Part shown: piece by piece, positions 15,302-29,523 of the stretch | Position numbering within the stretch: the stretch's first letter is position 1 | Layout: every line of letters begins with the position of its first letter | NCBI GenBank assembly: GCA_049724395.1 | Contig: JAUGWO010000045.1 | Location: 248,001 to 304,775, forward strand | From: Spongospora subterranea f. sp. subterranea | Taxonomy: Eukaryota | Reading direction: 5' to 3' | Length of the DNA stretch: 56,775 nucleotides | Translations under genes and position numbers: made by a program | The notes under the pieces: model-generated | Databases searched by the model: none | What the model saw: only the letters and a program-made list of their open reading frames with translations | Told to the model about the DNA's origin: nothing

Positions 15302-17330
15302 ATGGGAGGGCGTCGGCGCGTGTTCATGACAGTGATCGTGGCCGTAATGTTGGGGTTCGTGCCCAGTTCGGGTCAGTCCGACCAGTTCTATGATGCGGCG
15401 AGCGCGGTTTGGCCCAGGCCCCTATCGACCGAATACCCTGAGGGCGACTGGTTCTGGCGATTGCACCTGCAGAGCCTGCAAGTCGTGTTCGATAAGCGTG
15501 GCCCCCATTGGGATGCAGTTCACGAGATTCTCGCTCAAGCGGCCAACCGCTATTCCGCCGTCACCCCGATCGCGGCCAGCGCCAAACAGGAGAAGGAAGG
15601 CGCTCCGGGACGCGTGATCGGAATCACATCTCAGATTACGGTTCTCATCAGCAATCACTCGACGTCGTTGAATTTGGCGACACCGGAGAATTATGTTTTG
15701 GATATCACTCGGTCAAATGGGATCACAATCTCAGCCCATACCGTATTCGGTGTTCTACGTGGGCTCGAGACCTTCTCCCAGCTTGTCGAGCCACGAACCG
15801 GCTCGAAAATCAGGGAGATCCTCGGAGACGGCCGATTCCAGGACAAGGTCGAGGCGACACGGTTCTACGTCCCATGTGTGAAAATCGCTGATGCGCCCGC
15901 CTTCCCGTATCGGGGAGTCATGATCGATACCAGTCGCCATTTCCTGCCCATGAAGACCATCGAATCCGTCCTTGACGCCATGGTATTCTATGGTCCCCTA
16001 TTTACAACGGCCCCCCTTTTGGATCTAAAACGTGGTTTGCCCCCATCTAGGAAGCCAACAAGATGAATATCCTGCACTGGCACGTATCGGATGATCAGAG
16101 TTTCCCGTTCGCGTCGCAATCGAATCCCAAGCTCTCTCAAGCCGCGTATTCCCCTCAATGCGTTTACACCCACGCTGATGGTATATTCGCTTCCCGATTG
16201 TCGCCCTCTGGATTTCTCAAACGCGGGTTTCGTAGTTCGACGTATATCACAGCTGGCCCTATTTCGCGGGATCAGGATCATCCCCGAGTTCGACACGCCG
16301 GGCCACTCGGCGTCGTTCGGTGTTGGATATCCCGAGGTTCTCGCTGTCTGTCCACACATATCGACCCCCGATCACTACATGATCAACCCGACCAAACCGG
16401 CCACGCTCGATCTCGTCACGTCCTTGCTAGAGGTAAACCGGCCCGATCGCCGCCGATCAGTCTCCCCCTTTTTGACACGACCGATCAGGAAGCGGCCAGG
16501 ACCTTTGGCGCCACAGATCTGATCCATCTGGGCGGCGATGAGGTCGATCCCAGGTGTCTCGAGGATTCGTCTGAGGTCCAGGAATACATGGAACGCCATT
16601 CCATCACCGACGCCATGGGTCTGCTGGCCGATTACCAGAAGTTCCTGGACGATCTGGTCACGTCCCGACTGCACATGACCGGGATCGTGTGGCAAGAGGT
16701 TGGGGATTGGGGGTCGATAGCGCCATCGTCATTGCTGACCGTGTGTTGATCAGGTGTTCGACAGCGACCTGCCAATGCACCCGGATACGATCGTGGACGT
16801 CTGGCAGAACCAGGACGATGTGGCCAGGGTGGTGACGAACGCGCGGCGAGTCGTGTTGAGTAGCTGCTGGTACCTGGATCACCTGGGGACGGATTGGCGC
16901 TCCATGTAGGCAGAGGGGGTTTTCCGTGTTATGTCCCCGATAACGATCGCGGTTCGATGGGCTGATCGGGGTCCCACAGGTATTATTGCGATCCGCTGGA
17001 CTTTCCCGGGTCGGAACAGGGAAAGGATCTGGTTCTGGGTGGGCACAGCTCGATGTGGGGAGAACACGTCGACGAGACCAACGCATTGTCCAGGATTTGG
17101 CCACGATCCAGCGCAGGTATTTCATAATCGGGTGTGGTCAATGCTATTGGTGCGATCCGCTCAGTTGACCCCAATCAGTGGCCGAGCGGTTATGGAGCTC
17201 ACCCGACTACACGAACGCCAAGCAGGCCCATGGCGATCTCGAGGATCGCCTGCATCTTCAACGGTGCCGTCTTGTAGCTCGTGGTATTGACGCGTCACCA
17301 ATCCGACCTGGTCTGTGTTCTTTCCAGTGA
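15302..17330 (+). CDS. Beta-N-acetylhexosaminidase (GH20), secreted or lysosomal, multi-exon
   Basis: Signal peptide. [58 protein letters not shown], catalytic [20 protein letters not shown] and RCRLVARG. Confidence 0.95.
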
Positions 17331-17562
17331 TATTACGACCCTGGCCCCAATCTCCTTAAACCCATATCATCCACATAATAAAGGAATTATCCCGTTCGAA
17401 TCCCCGTTCAACGTTGATCGTTCGGCCACAAATCCCATCAATGAATCCCCATTGTCGACAAGAGAAACCCCAATAGGGGAAAAGGTGATCAGTTTCAGCG
17501 GAGTTTATTGGATTAATTGGCGATTGGCGATTGAAAGGATGAGGTCGGGAACGAGGGGCGAT

Positions 17563-20058
17563 ATGGCGACCATCCTAGGGCGATGGATGGCCGTGTCGCC
17601 ATTGCCCAACCTTGTCCATGTCTACTGCAAGCGGCGGCTAATGGTATTTGGGGCGATTATCGCTGCGAGGGTTGTGTCTGGGGGGTCTAAACCGGCGCCG
17701 GTTGTCAGGATATTATTCGGATGGATGCGGCCATATCGTCCATCTGCCTGGCGCCATCGCATGTGGTCAGACATGGAGTTCGGCTGATCGTGGTCACCGT
17801 CGATTACTGTCTATGGGATATTCAGATCGCCAAGCGGTCCCGACCTGATGGGCCGATCACCGTCAACGGTGTCGACCAGTCGTCTTATCTGGGCTGTCAA
17901 CCGAGTGTGGAATTCGCCATCGTGTCGGATATGGGAGTGCATCTTCATGGCGTGTTCTCCAGATCGTATCGCCTGGGCCCCGATCGTCAGGCCGACGCGA
18001 ATCGGTTCCAGCTGGAGGCGTCGTCGCGCTCGGACAGGACCGCGATCTGCATCGTTCTGACGTCGGGCCCCGATCAGGCGATATCGTCATCGAGTAGCGG
18101 ATCGGCGTCGTTGTCGGTTGATCATCGATTTCATTCACTGATCACCGGGCGACATGATGGGTCGCCCACGATCATCTGTGCTCAAGCGAATGGGAGCGTG
18201 ACCTGGGCGAAGCCCGACCAGACGACGCCGTCGTCGTTGGTCATCGATATGGAAGAGCCCGTCGTTTCCTGTCATGTTGTTCGGTTGGAGGCGCTATCGG
18301 GATTAGTGTTCATATCGTCATCAGGGAAGGTGGCGTGGCTATCGATCGACGGCGCCAGGCAATGGCATCGCCTATACACTCATGTGCAATCGACCGCGAT
18401 CGTGAACGGATCGTGGCTGTATTTCCTATCGGACCACTCCCTGTATGTCGTCGACCTGATCGAGGCGTTTTCCAGCGCCGACGCTCGTTCAACCTCGTCG
18501 CGTCAATGTCGGCCTATGGTTTACCGAGTGTCGTCGCTGTCTCGGAACACTTCCCTCTCGCAGATATGTTCAAATCTGTCAGACGATGCTGTTCTAACTG
18601 CCATATCCTGTTCGAAATCCATCCTCTATCTCGATACGCGCGACGACTGCCCAACCGATCCGATATGCGATTCGTCGCTGTCGTCCGCGCTGAACACGAT
18701 CGACTGTTTCAGTGCCGCCAGCGCCGCCGTCGAGGAACGTTCCGCTTCTCTGGACCGGTCCCTACAAGCGGCCCATATTGCGTTATTATTGACGAATCCC
18801 CCCAGTTCCGGTTCGCAATTGCTATGTTCCGTTCAATCCCGACCATCATATCAGACATGTTCGCCAGCGATCGTATTCGATATCCACATCGTCAACAATC
18901 TACCGCTTCCTATTCCTGCACCGTTCTTCGTCCTGTTCGTTGAAATCGTGGAATCCACCGAATCCGGTTCGTGTCTCAAAGGTAACGTTCGCCGCCCTCA
19001 TTGTTCCTCTCACGTCGTTTTTCAGCATTGTTCGTTCAGGGTTCAATATCCCGTTCAAGGCAATTGGTCCAGGATCGAGCGCAGATTACTCTGTTGTCTC
19101 CAGCCTAGGTTCCGACCTACCTCTACAAGTTCGTGTTCTGCTATCGTTTATGTCGCTCGCATCGTTGCCCGCTACGAATCTCCCCGCCCCCACTCGCAAC
19201 ATCGAATTATTCTCGGGAGATATCGGTCCGATTCACTTATCGCAAATCTCTGGGTAATTGAATCCATCTTGCTGCCTGTTTTACCTTTGATCCCGACAAT
19301 GTGTTTCCAGTTCAGGCTCCCTGGATTTTTCGGGGAGCCGATCGTCCAAACCATGGATTGCGGAATGGTTCAATCTCGGTTCATATGGCAAGTCGATCGC
19401 TCCATTATCATGCACCATCAACGTTTACCGCCCAGATGTGTCGCATGAGACGGCGATCATGATTTTGAAGCACATCGTGGCACCATCGTCCATGTAAGCA
19501 TCGGCCCTTCGCCACAGCGGCGGCGATTGCGTTTGTGTCGCTGGTCCTAACGGAAATGGCTTCCCAGGAAGGTTGAGGATCTCGGGAAGACGTCCTGTCA
19601 GCTCATGGTGAATGATGAGAATCGAGCTCAGATAACGACCACCGTCAATATACAATCGTCAACGATCACCATCTTTCTGCAATGTTCTCATAGCAGTTTA
19701 TTACCAATATGGAGGTCGTATCAAATCTCATTTACGCCTTGGATTGGCTGTTCATTCTTTGGACAGATCTGCTGTCGTAGAGCGTCTGAAATCCATTCCG
19801 CAATATCCATCAGACGCCGTATCGCTTTGGAAATCTCAAGTTGCTCAGACGATATTTCCCAATCTGCTGACTGCCATGTGCGAACTGCGATCGTGTTCTG
19901 TCGATTTTCTCGGTGGCATGGCCGTTGGCGACAATCACGATATGTCCAAAGTGCTGATTAGCTCCCTGGACCACGCCCGATGGGCGCAAGATCAGATATC
20001 GAAACTGCTATCGACCTATCAATCGTTTCGGAAGATCGCCCAGGAACTCCCAATGTAA
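17563..20058 (+). CDS. Large hypothetical protein with beta-propeller-like N-terminus, multi-exon
   Basis: Long ORF 17721-19448 plus exons that join through GT-AG introns (e.g. about 18982-19039) to a stop at 20058. No confident family assignment. Confidence 0.6.
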
Positions 20059-20907
20059 ATCTCCCGGTCGGAACTGCATGAACCCCCACAATTGGGTCAA
20101 CCCACTCAACGGTTTTCCTTGTGCTGGCGACGTCATTGATCTAGTCCACCTATTTATCCATGAGGTTAAGCCATGGTAATCTATAAACTCGCATATTCTC
20201 CAAAAAAAAAATACAAGTTGAAATTCTGCAAAACATCCCCGGATGCGGTGCACGAGGATGGTGATTTCGATCCTTTGTGGCATCGTTATTCAAAGACCGG
20301 ACGACGTTCGTTATCATTGAAGAAATCGGATCATCCATTCATCCTTTAGAAAATCTACCCGGGCAATTTACATCCATTGGTTGATTGTTTTTCTTGATCA
20401 GATGTTTCTGGGGTACATTCCAGGGCGGAGATGCTCTCACAGATTATATTTGAGGGCGATTTGGAGGGTTTCTTTGATGTTCGATGTCATTAGTGTTCAA
20501 CGGGCTCTGCCAAACGGTGTTCTCCTGAAGATGTTCTGGCCCAAGTTATCTGTTGTTGTCATGGTGAATAAACGGCGAACCTTTACCGCAAAGGCGAGGC
20601 GCCTCGATGGCGTTTTTCATGGACCCGAAGCAGCTGTCGATGTCGTTCGGTCAACTTGAACTGCTGTTGCGACTGACAATGGCGACAGACGGCAGTCATA
20701 ACAGATCCGTCATTATCGCCAAGGCGTGTTTTGGTTGGCGTTAATTGACTCCGCATTGAAGTTGCATTTTCGTCTGAGCTCAATGACGCGCCCACAACAG
20801 CGTTGCAAAATCTGGGCGAAAGTTTTATATGATGGCCTGATTGGAGTTGATGAACGTCGAATGGTCCAAGATGGGTTCCTCGAGCAGATATTGGTTTATG
20901 GTTCAGA

Positions 20908-21104
20908 ATATCCAACATGTTTTGAATGGGTTTACAGAAGGTAAATTCAATAAGAATGGTCCACCGTATCACTGTTTTTCTTGTTCGACTCCATTATTGT
21001 GTTGTCCTGGCCCATTCCCACTTCGATAACACAATAATGGAGTCGAACGAGAACTCCTATTGATTTGATCTCCTGTCAAACCATTATAACAACACGTTGG
21101 ATAT
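20908..21104. repeat. Nested imperfect inverted repeat (long foldback)
   Basis: Inner arms 20978-21006 and 21025-21053 match at 27/29. Outer arms of about 50 bp run ATATCCAACATGTT... and ...AACACGTTGGATAT. Confidence 0.85.
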
Positions 21105-21636
21105 ATATGAGGTATTTCACAATACGTACTTGTGTCGAGAATTTCGCAGGTAATTCTCTAGACTGGTGAAGAAGGTAATTGTTCAAGTTGATTTGATTTT
21201 TGGTGTATTGGTTGACATTTCACTTAAGCTTGGGCACACAGTCGTCCTACAAAATGAAAACCGCCTTTCCTGCCATCAATCATCTGTTATTCTTCAAATG
21301 TACGGCAATCCAGAAAATAATTTCAATACAATTCAAAACCAATCAATGTTCTGCCTGAACCAATAGCCAATGATCATATAAATATCCTGTCATATGCCCA
21401 TACTAATTCACGTCTCTTCAGTAATTCGCAGGGCGTATGGCCAGGGCATTTCGCTCAGTTTTTGAAAATGCCCCGCGAATTTGCCCTTGGCGTTTCCGCA
21501 GCCACCAGTTTTGGCGCGGACCTGCGACAGTACCCTTATGTACACCTGCAGTACACGTGCCATGATACAGGGCTGCAGTCCGTTCAAATTCCACCTGTCT
21601 CAATGTCATTATCAATAACCATTAGACGAATATCGA

Positions 21637-22874
21637 ATGGCTCGCCCTCGCCGGGTGAAAGCCCCACCCTTGTTTCGCGTTCGAAGCGCCGCAGTCGCCA
21701 GGCGCCATCCTGTCAATCTTGCCAGGTCCGGAGGGCTGACGGCTCCGGAATTTATTGGTGGCTATCATCGTCGAGATTTTCCCGAAAATTACAAGAAAAA
21801 GCGTTCAGTAGTATCGTCGCTGATTCGGGCTACTATTTCCAAGGTGAAGGGTTTGGTAAGTTCTGTGTGTATGTGAAATGCCCTTATTGATTTCTGGGGC
21901 ATGCTTCATCGGCTAGTTTTCAATTGGACCCAATCCATTGCTGGCGCGTGTTCGAGAGCTTGAAGACGATTTGCTCCTTTTACGTCAGAAGAATTCTATT
22001 TTAGAAGGCCATAGTAGTGCGCATTTTGAAAGGCGTTCAACTGATGTGCCTTTTGTTGAGGCTGTCGAACTTGTACCTTATGGCGGCGACAAAAAACCTC
22101 CTTCTGGTAAAAAAAATCACTGTGCCTTCAGGTTTCTTGAGTGATCTAACAATGAGTAATCTAGAAATCGACGTCTGTCAGGGATCCTCAAGTTTAAACC
22201 TCTCGAGGGATCGCAGTAGTAGTACATCGGGAATATCGCGCAATCAACCTGTGTCGTCAAATCTAATGGCGGATGACACTTCTATTGCATCTCAAAAGAT
22301 AGCCGATCGTCAATATATTGATTCCAACACATCATCACCTCGTGATTCTCAACCGCTATCGGTTCCACCACCTCCGCCAGCCCCGCCGTTGCGGCCAACT
22401 GATAAGGCTCATCACCCGACTGCTGCTCAATCTGTTTCTGATTCAGTTCGAAGACCTTTAACCGCAATTGATTCATCTGCTTTGCGAAGTGTTAAATTGA
22501 AGCCTGTCAAGAAATTACAAGAACCAATATCAAGCACAATTACGAGAAATGATATTTTATCTGTTCAACTGAGGCCTACATCGAAGATTTCCTCCAACGT
22601 TCCATCAAAGTAAGTACAAGGCCTTACACGAGCCTGATTAATATTTACATTGTTAATGTTAGTCCTGCCAAGGATGACGAATTTTCGCTGATTCGTGCTG
22701 AAATGTCTAGGCGTTGTCAAGTAATTCCCTGTACGTTGTTTGTTATTCCTTTATTGACCCATTTTATAGTCGATGTATTCTCCTGCTTGCATAAGTCCAC
22801 GGTTTAGACCTTCCGAAACTGATGCCGATTGGAGCGTCTCACCGAAGCATCGTCTTACTAAAGCAGCTATCTAA
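21637..22874 (+). CDS. Proline-rich coiled-coil protein with WH2-like motifs (PRR11/MTFR1-like architecture), multi-exon
   Basis: Coiled coil RVRELEDDLLLLRQK, then PPPPPAPP, ALRSVKLKPV and DILSVQLRPT. GT-AG introns. Confidence 0.55.
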
Positions 22875-23151
22875 CAGGGCATTTGGTATAAACTTAAATT
22901 AAAATATTTGTTGAGCAACCACAAACGGCAGCGTTTTTCCTAAGTATCTCAAAGTCTGTGGATGGCTATTCCAATGTTATAGTACATTCCTACTCTCGTC
23001 GATCTGGGCCCGACTCGTGGCCCCTTATTATGGACGGACAGCATGTTGGAAGTCTGAGAGCAATGTAGTTGCTGGACGGGTTGCATGGGTGGTGTGAATC
23101 AAGGTCTTTCCGATCTGTGACTGTTCGACAGTCTTCTCAACTGGCCTGGTC

Positions 23152-24086
23152 ATGATTGATGAAACTGGCGCCCAATCCCAATCTTCCAATCACACCGTAT
23201 AACATCGCTTCGTTCAAAAGTCAACGCACATTGGCCATTTTGGCGATTGGGCCTACTACAGCCCGGGATCGACAACTCTATCAGGGTTATGTACATATCT
23301 TGGTAAAATAAAATTCATTTCATCCCCGTTTCATTGCACTTATGTAGTTTTTTTATTCGCCAGCAATGATAGAGTGTTCCTGGGCCTGCTATTGTACCTC
23401 GTTCTAGTCACAATATTTAGCTGGAATACCGGGGATCCGTGCAGTTTTTATATGCAGGTTTTCCAGTTTGTGTCGTATACGACTGTTATGGTCTCAAGAT
23501 TACTCTCGGCGAAGTTCGAGCAAGTGCAAGATCTCGATTTTACCGGCCAATTATGCGAACTGATACACACATTCTTTGTCCTACCCGTACTTACAGCATG
23601 GACGATTACAGGATCTATGTGGATGATCGAATACTATCACTGCCTGGCTAATTCGTCGTCCAACTCAATCCTGTGAGTTCATGTTTATTGACACAATCAG
23701 CCCATATCTAATGTAGATTGGTTGACAGGTTGCTATGGTTAATCTTCTCCTACGCATACATTGCTGTGAAAGTCTACGACGTCTACAAAGGCTGCTGCGG
23801 GAACCTAGAAGCCATCGATGATTCGACATTGGAGTTCGGGATCATTATGAGACAACAACCTCCGGCGTTGTTCGACACGGAACTCATACAATCGTTCCAT
23901 ATTGATCCAAATATGAGATCGGACAAGGACTCTTGTGCGATTTGTATTGGGGAAATTACCAGCTCCGAACTCTGCAAGCAGATGCCTTTCTGTGATCACC
24001 ATTTCCATGCGTCGTGTATAGATCTGTGGTTGCCGAGGAATCCTAGCTGCCCCATATGCCGTACGAGAGTGGACGTTGAGGCGTGA
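23152..24086 (+). CDS. Transmembrane RING-H2 E3 ubiquitin ligase, multi-exon
   Basis: Several TM segments followed by CAIC..PFCDHHFHASCIDLWL..SCPICR. Confidence 0.85.
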
Positions 24087-24812
24087 AAACCAATGAGCAT
24101 CGTGACTCGTTTATCCTATTCCATTTTTATCTACATTAAACTAGTGAAACTCTGAATAAGTCCCCGGCCATCCAATGTATCATGCAATCGCAATACGTTC
24201 ATGGGGGATAGTCAAAGAACTAAGGCCCTAGAACGCAACAAGTAAGTAACACAGACTGTAGAAAACTCAAATGATTCGTGATCTCTATCAAGTCCTCAGA
24301 AGGGGAAGCGCTTTTCGGTTTGCATTTGGGCCAGTTTTAAGGAATTCATCAGCTATCCGCTCAAGTGTGTCAAGTGATCTCCTGGGGGGATCTTCGGGCC
24401 ACGAAAGTGCAGGAGAATGATCATAAACATGTACTCAATTATGAATGGCGCCCTAATAGGGCAACCAACTGGCAAATCCGCACAGTATATAACAACGGTT
24501 ACATGAGTGTTACATGAGTGTTACATGCTATACTGTTGACGATGTAACCCCAAAACAGTGGTAACGATAAACCGAGTACAGTAAAGGGTCATTGGTGATG
24601 ATCAAAGGTGTTATTATATTGATCGTGTTGATGGTGTCGCTATGGCCCAAACAGATCCCCCATCCAGAGTATTGAAAACACCTTCATCCCGCCGCAGGGC
24701 AATCTCGCCCCTCCAACACCGTCGGAGCAGCAATCGCAGTCCATCTTCGGTTTGCGGACTTGACGTTTTATCGGCCCTGAGCGACCTGGTGGTGGAATTC
24801 CCTCGTGGCCCA

Positions 24813-26317
24813 ATGAAAAGGAAGCGCATTGGGCATGAAGACAATGGCGAACATGCTGCAGGCTGTATCAATATGCACAGGAATAATTTGTACAGGAATA
24901 ATCCTCCCGACTTCTCCGCTCTAGCTGATCAATATCCGGATTTTGCACAACAGTAGGCTGCTTTTTGGTTCAGCTTTTTAGTGGCATTAGGTTTTAATTT
25001 GGGTCTTGTTTTGCTAGCGTTATCAGGTCTGATCGGGGCGCTGTTTCAGTTGACTGGACTAACCCAGAATCTGTTCAAGCTGTCACAACCGTATTGCTTC
25101 GCCATGATTTTGGATTGAAGTTTACGATCCCGAAAGGTCATCTTTGCCCTCCTGTTCCTCAACGATTAAATTACATTTGCTGGGTGGAAGTAAGAGTCAA
25201 TTACAATTATAATAACCATGCTCCTGATAGATCCATGTTTTCAGGACCTCATTGCCGCTCGTTCTTCATCGCCCGAAGTTAAAGGAATCGATATCGGAAC
25301 GGGTGCGTCGGCAATATTCGCAATTTTAGGGGCAAAACGATCTATGCAGTTTCTGTGCACAGAAACCGATTTTGAGTCGTTCGAATCAGCTTCGGATATT
25401 GTTTCAGATAATTCCTTGCAAGACCAGATCCGAATCTTGCACGTGTCAGATCGCAGGAAAATATTAGTTGGGGTCATTCCAGATGACGAACTGTAATGCC
25501 ATACAATTGATCCAATCCTAGTTCCCTAAATGCTGGTAATATTTGGTCAGGTTCGACTTTTGCGTCTGTAACCCTCCGTTCTTTGATAATATCGCAGACA
25601 CAGGACATAATCCTAAGCGGGTTGGTTCCTCAAAAAGTTTTTTTGTCTTTTGATTTCAAGAATTAATTTTCAGATATGTCCCGCGACGTCGTCGGAATTG
25701 ACATGTCCTGGTGGTGAACTTGCATTCGTTACACAGATACTGGAGGAGAGTTGTGGAAGCCTGGGAGATCGTATTGGGTATTTAATTGAACCGATATCTA
25801 TCATTTCAATGATTTAAATATGTGCTAATTTAGATGGTTTACCACAATGTTAGGCCGGAAAGTATCACTGACAAAATTACTGCCATTGGTGCATGGCAAA
25901 AAACCGGTGTGTGTACAAACCACTGTGTTTTCTCAAGGGAAACAAACGCGATGGGGATTGGCATGGACTTTCGACAAACGTGTCTCCATTCAAAGACTTC
26001 CACGAAAATCTCCAGAGCCAAATGATAATGCGCCTCCTTCCCTGGACTTAATATCGGAAGGCAGAACACATCAAGCCACTCTTCAATTCATCAAAGCATT
26101 TCTCCAAGGTCGCGGTGGAAAGTTCAGCAAGGAGTCTCCATTACACATGGTTGTCTCTATCCCAATCGCTCTCTCAGATATCCAATGCAAATTGGAGATT
26201 ATCCCATTAACTGCAATCAAATGCAAGGTCAGATTCACATGTCGCAACGCCCCAGCTGAATCCGTTAAAGAAGTCTTGGACGCTATTTTCAATGACTTGC
26301 GTTCGTCTTTAAAATAG
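24813..26317 (+). CDS. METTL16: U6 snRNA m6A methyltransferase METTL16 (RlmF family), multi-exon
   Basis: MHRNNLY..PDF..LA..YPDF, LCPPVPQRLNYICW, GIDIGTGASAI, FDFCVCNPPFF, GGELAFV, WFTTMLGRK and QGKQTRWGLAWTF. Confidence 0.93.
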
Positions 26318-26566
26318 CTATTCATTTATTACATCTCGACAAAAGTCTCGACAATGTCAATCAACGTGGGTGACAAAAGAGGTAGAGGAATATCTATTTC
26401 TCGGGTTAATGCGGCTTCGTGATGTCCATCAGCGATTGCTGAACGCGTCGTCTGCTTCCGATCTACTGGACCCACCAGTCATGTGATTCGCTGCCACATT
26501 CTGCGGTTTGTTTTTTTATGGAATGTTCGTCGTCATTGTCTCGGTCGATCGGATTGTGCTAGGTCG

Positions 26567-27223
26567 TTATCTACGGCCTGGTTGATTGCCCTGTATATTC
26601 GCATCTACTAAACAAACGTATCGAATGATCCTGATCAATCTCATACCGGTTACGGTCAGGTAGGACGTGTTCAGATATCCTCGAGCCAAATAGATGACCG
26701 TCGAGAGCACGATCAAACTGACCAAAAAGACTAACGACAGAACAAATAGCGGAGTGAATGGATTGATGAACATCCCTCGTGGGTGCGGGCCCTTGATTGG
26801 AACGCTTTGGCACGCCTAACCACAAATTCAGGTTAAATCTGGATTCAGACAAGAGTGCTTTGTGATCGATTTTCTTACTGTTAAACCTGCCAAACCGCAG
26901 TGCACAATCGCGATTCCGAAATACGCGCCGATGTTGAAAAAGGGCCTCATGATGGCTCGATGAATCAAGTCGGAGAGATATAGGTTCGGAACGAGGAAGG
27001 TGATCGTACTCCACACGAGGACAGCGACGGCTCTGGAGTTCGACGCAATCTGGCTGCAGTGGTACCAGGCGGCAATGCACAGGGCCAGCAGGATCACCCA
27101 ATGGACCAACCAGCACACGTACAACGACCTGATGATCAACGGGTAGCTGTGGCGTAGCAGGATACGGTTCGGGTGGCGGCTTTGAAAGATACGAGCACGA
27201 GCTTTGAGGTTTGCCGGCTGCAT
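26567..27223 (-). CDS. Four-TM membrane protein, possibly SCAMP-like
   Basis: Four hydrophobic segments with SCAMP-like spacing (LYVCW..., VP.LY...HRAI, GVP..G.G). The family call and boundaries are weak. Confidence 0.45.
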
Positions 27224-28272
27224 GACGAGACTCTTGATGATTGATGGAACAGAGGCGGGTGATATGATGAACCGGATCGATGGATTCGATGAATTCGATG
27301 AATGAATCGGACCCGACGCGGAATTTGTTGCGTCGACTACATTGACCGAGTTGCTTTGAGCCCCAGTTCCGATCGGAAGCCTGCCAATCGGGTGAACGTG
27401 AGTACACAGGGGGATACCGTCGATGCAGTTCAAGCTGTCACCTTCGTTGAACAAGACACTAGATGTACTTGTACGATATCGATGGGATTACTTTCCACTT
27501 ATCTCAAGTTCAGATAATCACCAAAATATTCACAGCGTTGAGACTCCGCCTTTTCAATATTGGAACCAAACAGCACTCCTCTAATGTCGTAGACACTAAC
27601 ATATCCGGGGAAGCTGACAAAAACACAGATTCGTCGAGTTTTTCCGTGATTTGCATTCATACTGTTTCGCTGATCGTCGAGAACGCCGGCGAACAATTGC
27701 CGGTGAAATCCCGAGAACTGCTTCATTACGTACAAGCCTTTAAAGTCTTTTTTCAAAAGCTTAAGTCTATATATATATGTTTGGAAGGCATCATGACATC
27801 CCTTTCGAATCTATATGACACTGTTCCCTATCTGGAAGGGATATGATCTAGAGTGCTGGCCGGAGATCCAGCAGCTAAATCGGTTCGATAGAGCTGCGAA
27901 CGCAATCCCGTTCGGTTGGGGACCACTTTGGCGCGGTCAAGGTCGATCACTGAAACTGATATATAAACTGTCGCCATTTCATCGATACATTTACAGAATA
28001 GAAAAAACCGGTAAAGTCTACTGTAATTGAATTTTGGCAAGCAGTGTCGGGACGAGCGTTCGAAGTCACCATCAGCCGTTCGTTTGGGTTCGGTACGTGT
28101 TTGGTACGGCTGAGTGTTGGGGCACGTTCTGAGCTGCATTGTTCCGTCGGGATAAATCCACGGAGTCCGTGACGGGCTATGAATGTCTGACTGACTCTGG
28201 GGGTCGGTCCTGCTCTAAACCGGTTGGGGTTCGGTTGCGGGCGGCGAAATCTCCTGCATCGATCGCGCGATA

Positions 28273-29481
28273 ATGCAGCAGGGTGGTGATCATGATCATG
28301 CCGACGATCAATATAGGGAGTCAGAGGCGATGGATACCCCATCGATGAGAGCCGGGGAATCCTGCGAGCTGGTTGAGATCGCCGATCAAGGAACGGGCCA
28401 AGACGATACCGACAACACCGACCTGCAGATATTCGAGGACGATTCGGTTCAAGGTTTTTTCAGGCACTCTGAGCCCGTCTACAGTATCGCTTGCAGCCCA
28501 TCAGATCCCAATATTGTGTTAACCGGCGGTGGCGATAATCTCGCCTTCCAATGGTCGATCACGACCGGAGAGCCCTACGGGAAACCGCTCCTGGCCCATT
28601 CCGATTCTGTCATCGCCGTCGGCTATTCCCACGACGGATCGATGCTGGCGACGGGGAGTATGGACGGAACCTGCCATGTGTATAGTGGCGATGGCGGTTT
28701 ACTGCATTCGTTGGATGGCCCATCATCGGAGGTCGAGTGGCTAACCTGGCACCCTATTGGAAATGTGATGGCGTTCGGGTCGGGCGATGGAACATGTTGG
28801 GTATGGCATCTCACACCCACATCCAAAGCGCTCATCCAGGTCCTGTCGCAAGATGGCCAACAGAATTGCGCCACATTCACCGGTAACGGAGGGAAAACCC
28901 TATGCACTGGCAGTGTTGATGGCACGTTCCGGGTTTGGTCGTGTAAAACCGGCCAGACGATGGTGGTCGTCAAGCCAGGGCACCTGTACCATACGGATGC
29001 GATCTGTTCGATGCACGCGCACCCCAACAAGCCGATCGTGCTGACCGGATCCCAGGACCAGACCGCCAAATGGGTTCACACCGAACACGGGAAGGTGCTC
29101 GGGTCGATATCGGATAATCATTCGGCGGTGGAGGCGGTGGCCTTCGCCAAAGGCGAACTGGGCCAGGACTGGGCCGCAACGGGCGGGATGGACGGCTCGA
29201 TCTGCATCATCGATATCAGCCGCGGCTCGGTCCGGGCGAAATTCAATCACGACGACGGCGTGGTGAAGCTGGTCTGGCTGCGAATCCGGCCCTATCTATT
29301 GTGTTCCTGCTCCCTGGACGGGACCGTTCGCCTGTGGGACACGCGATCGTGCTCGCTGGTCCAGACATTCCGGGGCCATACTGGCCCGGTCTACGACATC
29401 GCCATCTCGTCCGACGAGCGATTCGTAATCTCGTGCGCCGACGATCATGTCGCGCTAGTGTTCGAGATATCCCAATCGTGA
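28273..29481 (+). CDS. SQT1/AAMP-like WD40 protein (ribosomal uL16 chaperone family)
   Basis: Acidic N-terminus, then DDSVQGFFRHSEPVY, LTGGGDN, HSDSV and EVEWLTWHP.GNV..GSGDG, with multiple WD repeats. Single exon. Confidence 0.85.
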   Translation: MQQGGDHDHADDQYRESEAMDTPSMRAGESCELVEIADQGTGQDDTDNTDLQIFEDDSVQGFFRHSEPVYSIACSPSDPNIVLTGGGDNLAFQWSITTGEPYGKPLLAHSDSVIAVGYSHDGSMLATGSMDGTCHVYSGDGGLLHSLDGPSSEVEWLTWHPIGNVMAFGSGDGTCWVWHLTPTSKALIQVLSQDGQQNCATFTGNGGKTLCTGSVDGTFRVWSCKTGQTMVVVKPGHLYHTDAICSMHAHPNKPIVLTGSQDQTAKWVHTEHGKVLGSISDNHSAVEAVAFAKGELGQDWAATGGMDGSICIIDISRGSVRAKFNHDDGVVKLVWLRIRPYLLCSCSLDGTVRLWDTRSCSLVQTFRGHTGPVYDIAISSDERFVISCADDHVALVFEISQS

Positions 29482-29523
29482 CCGCTCGTCTCCCCATTCG
29501 CAAATATAAACAGTTCTCTATTA

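Noticed and set aside
24498..24527. GTTACATGAGT repeat (about 2.7 copies) upstream of METTL16
   Set aside because: Short local slippage repeat with no further support.
27460..28030. Coding-like short ORFs between the 4-TM gene and SQT1/AAMP
   Set aside because: No recognisable motifs and no consistent splice model.
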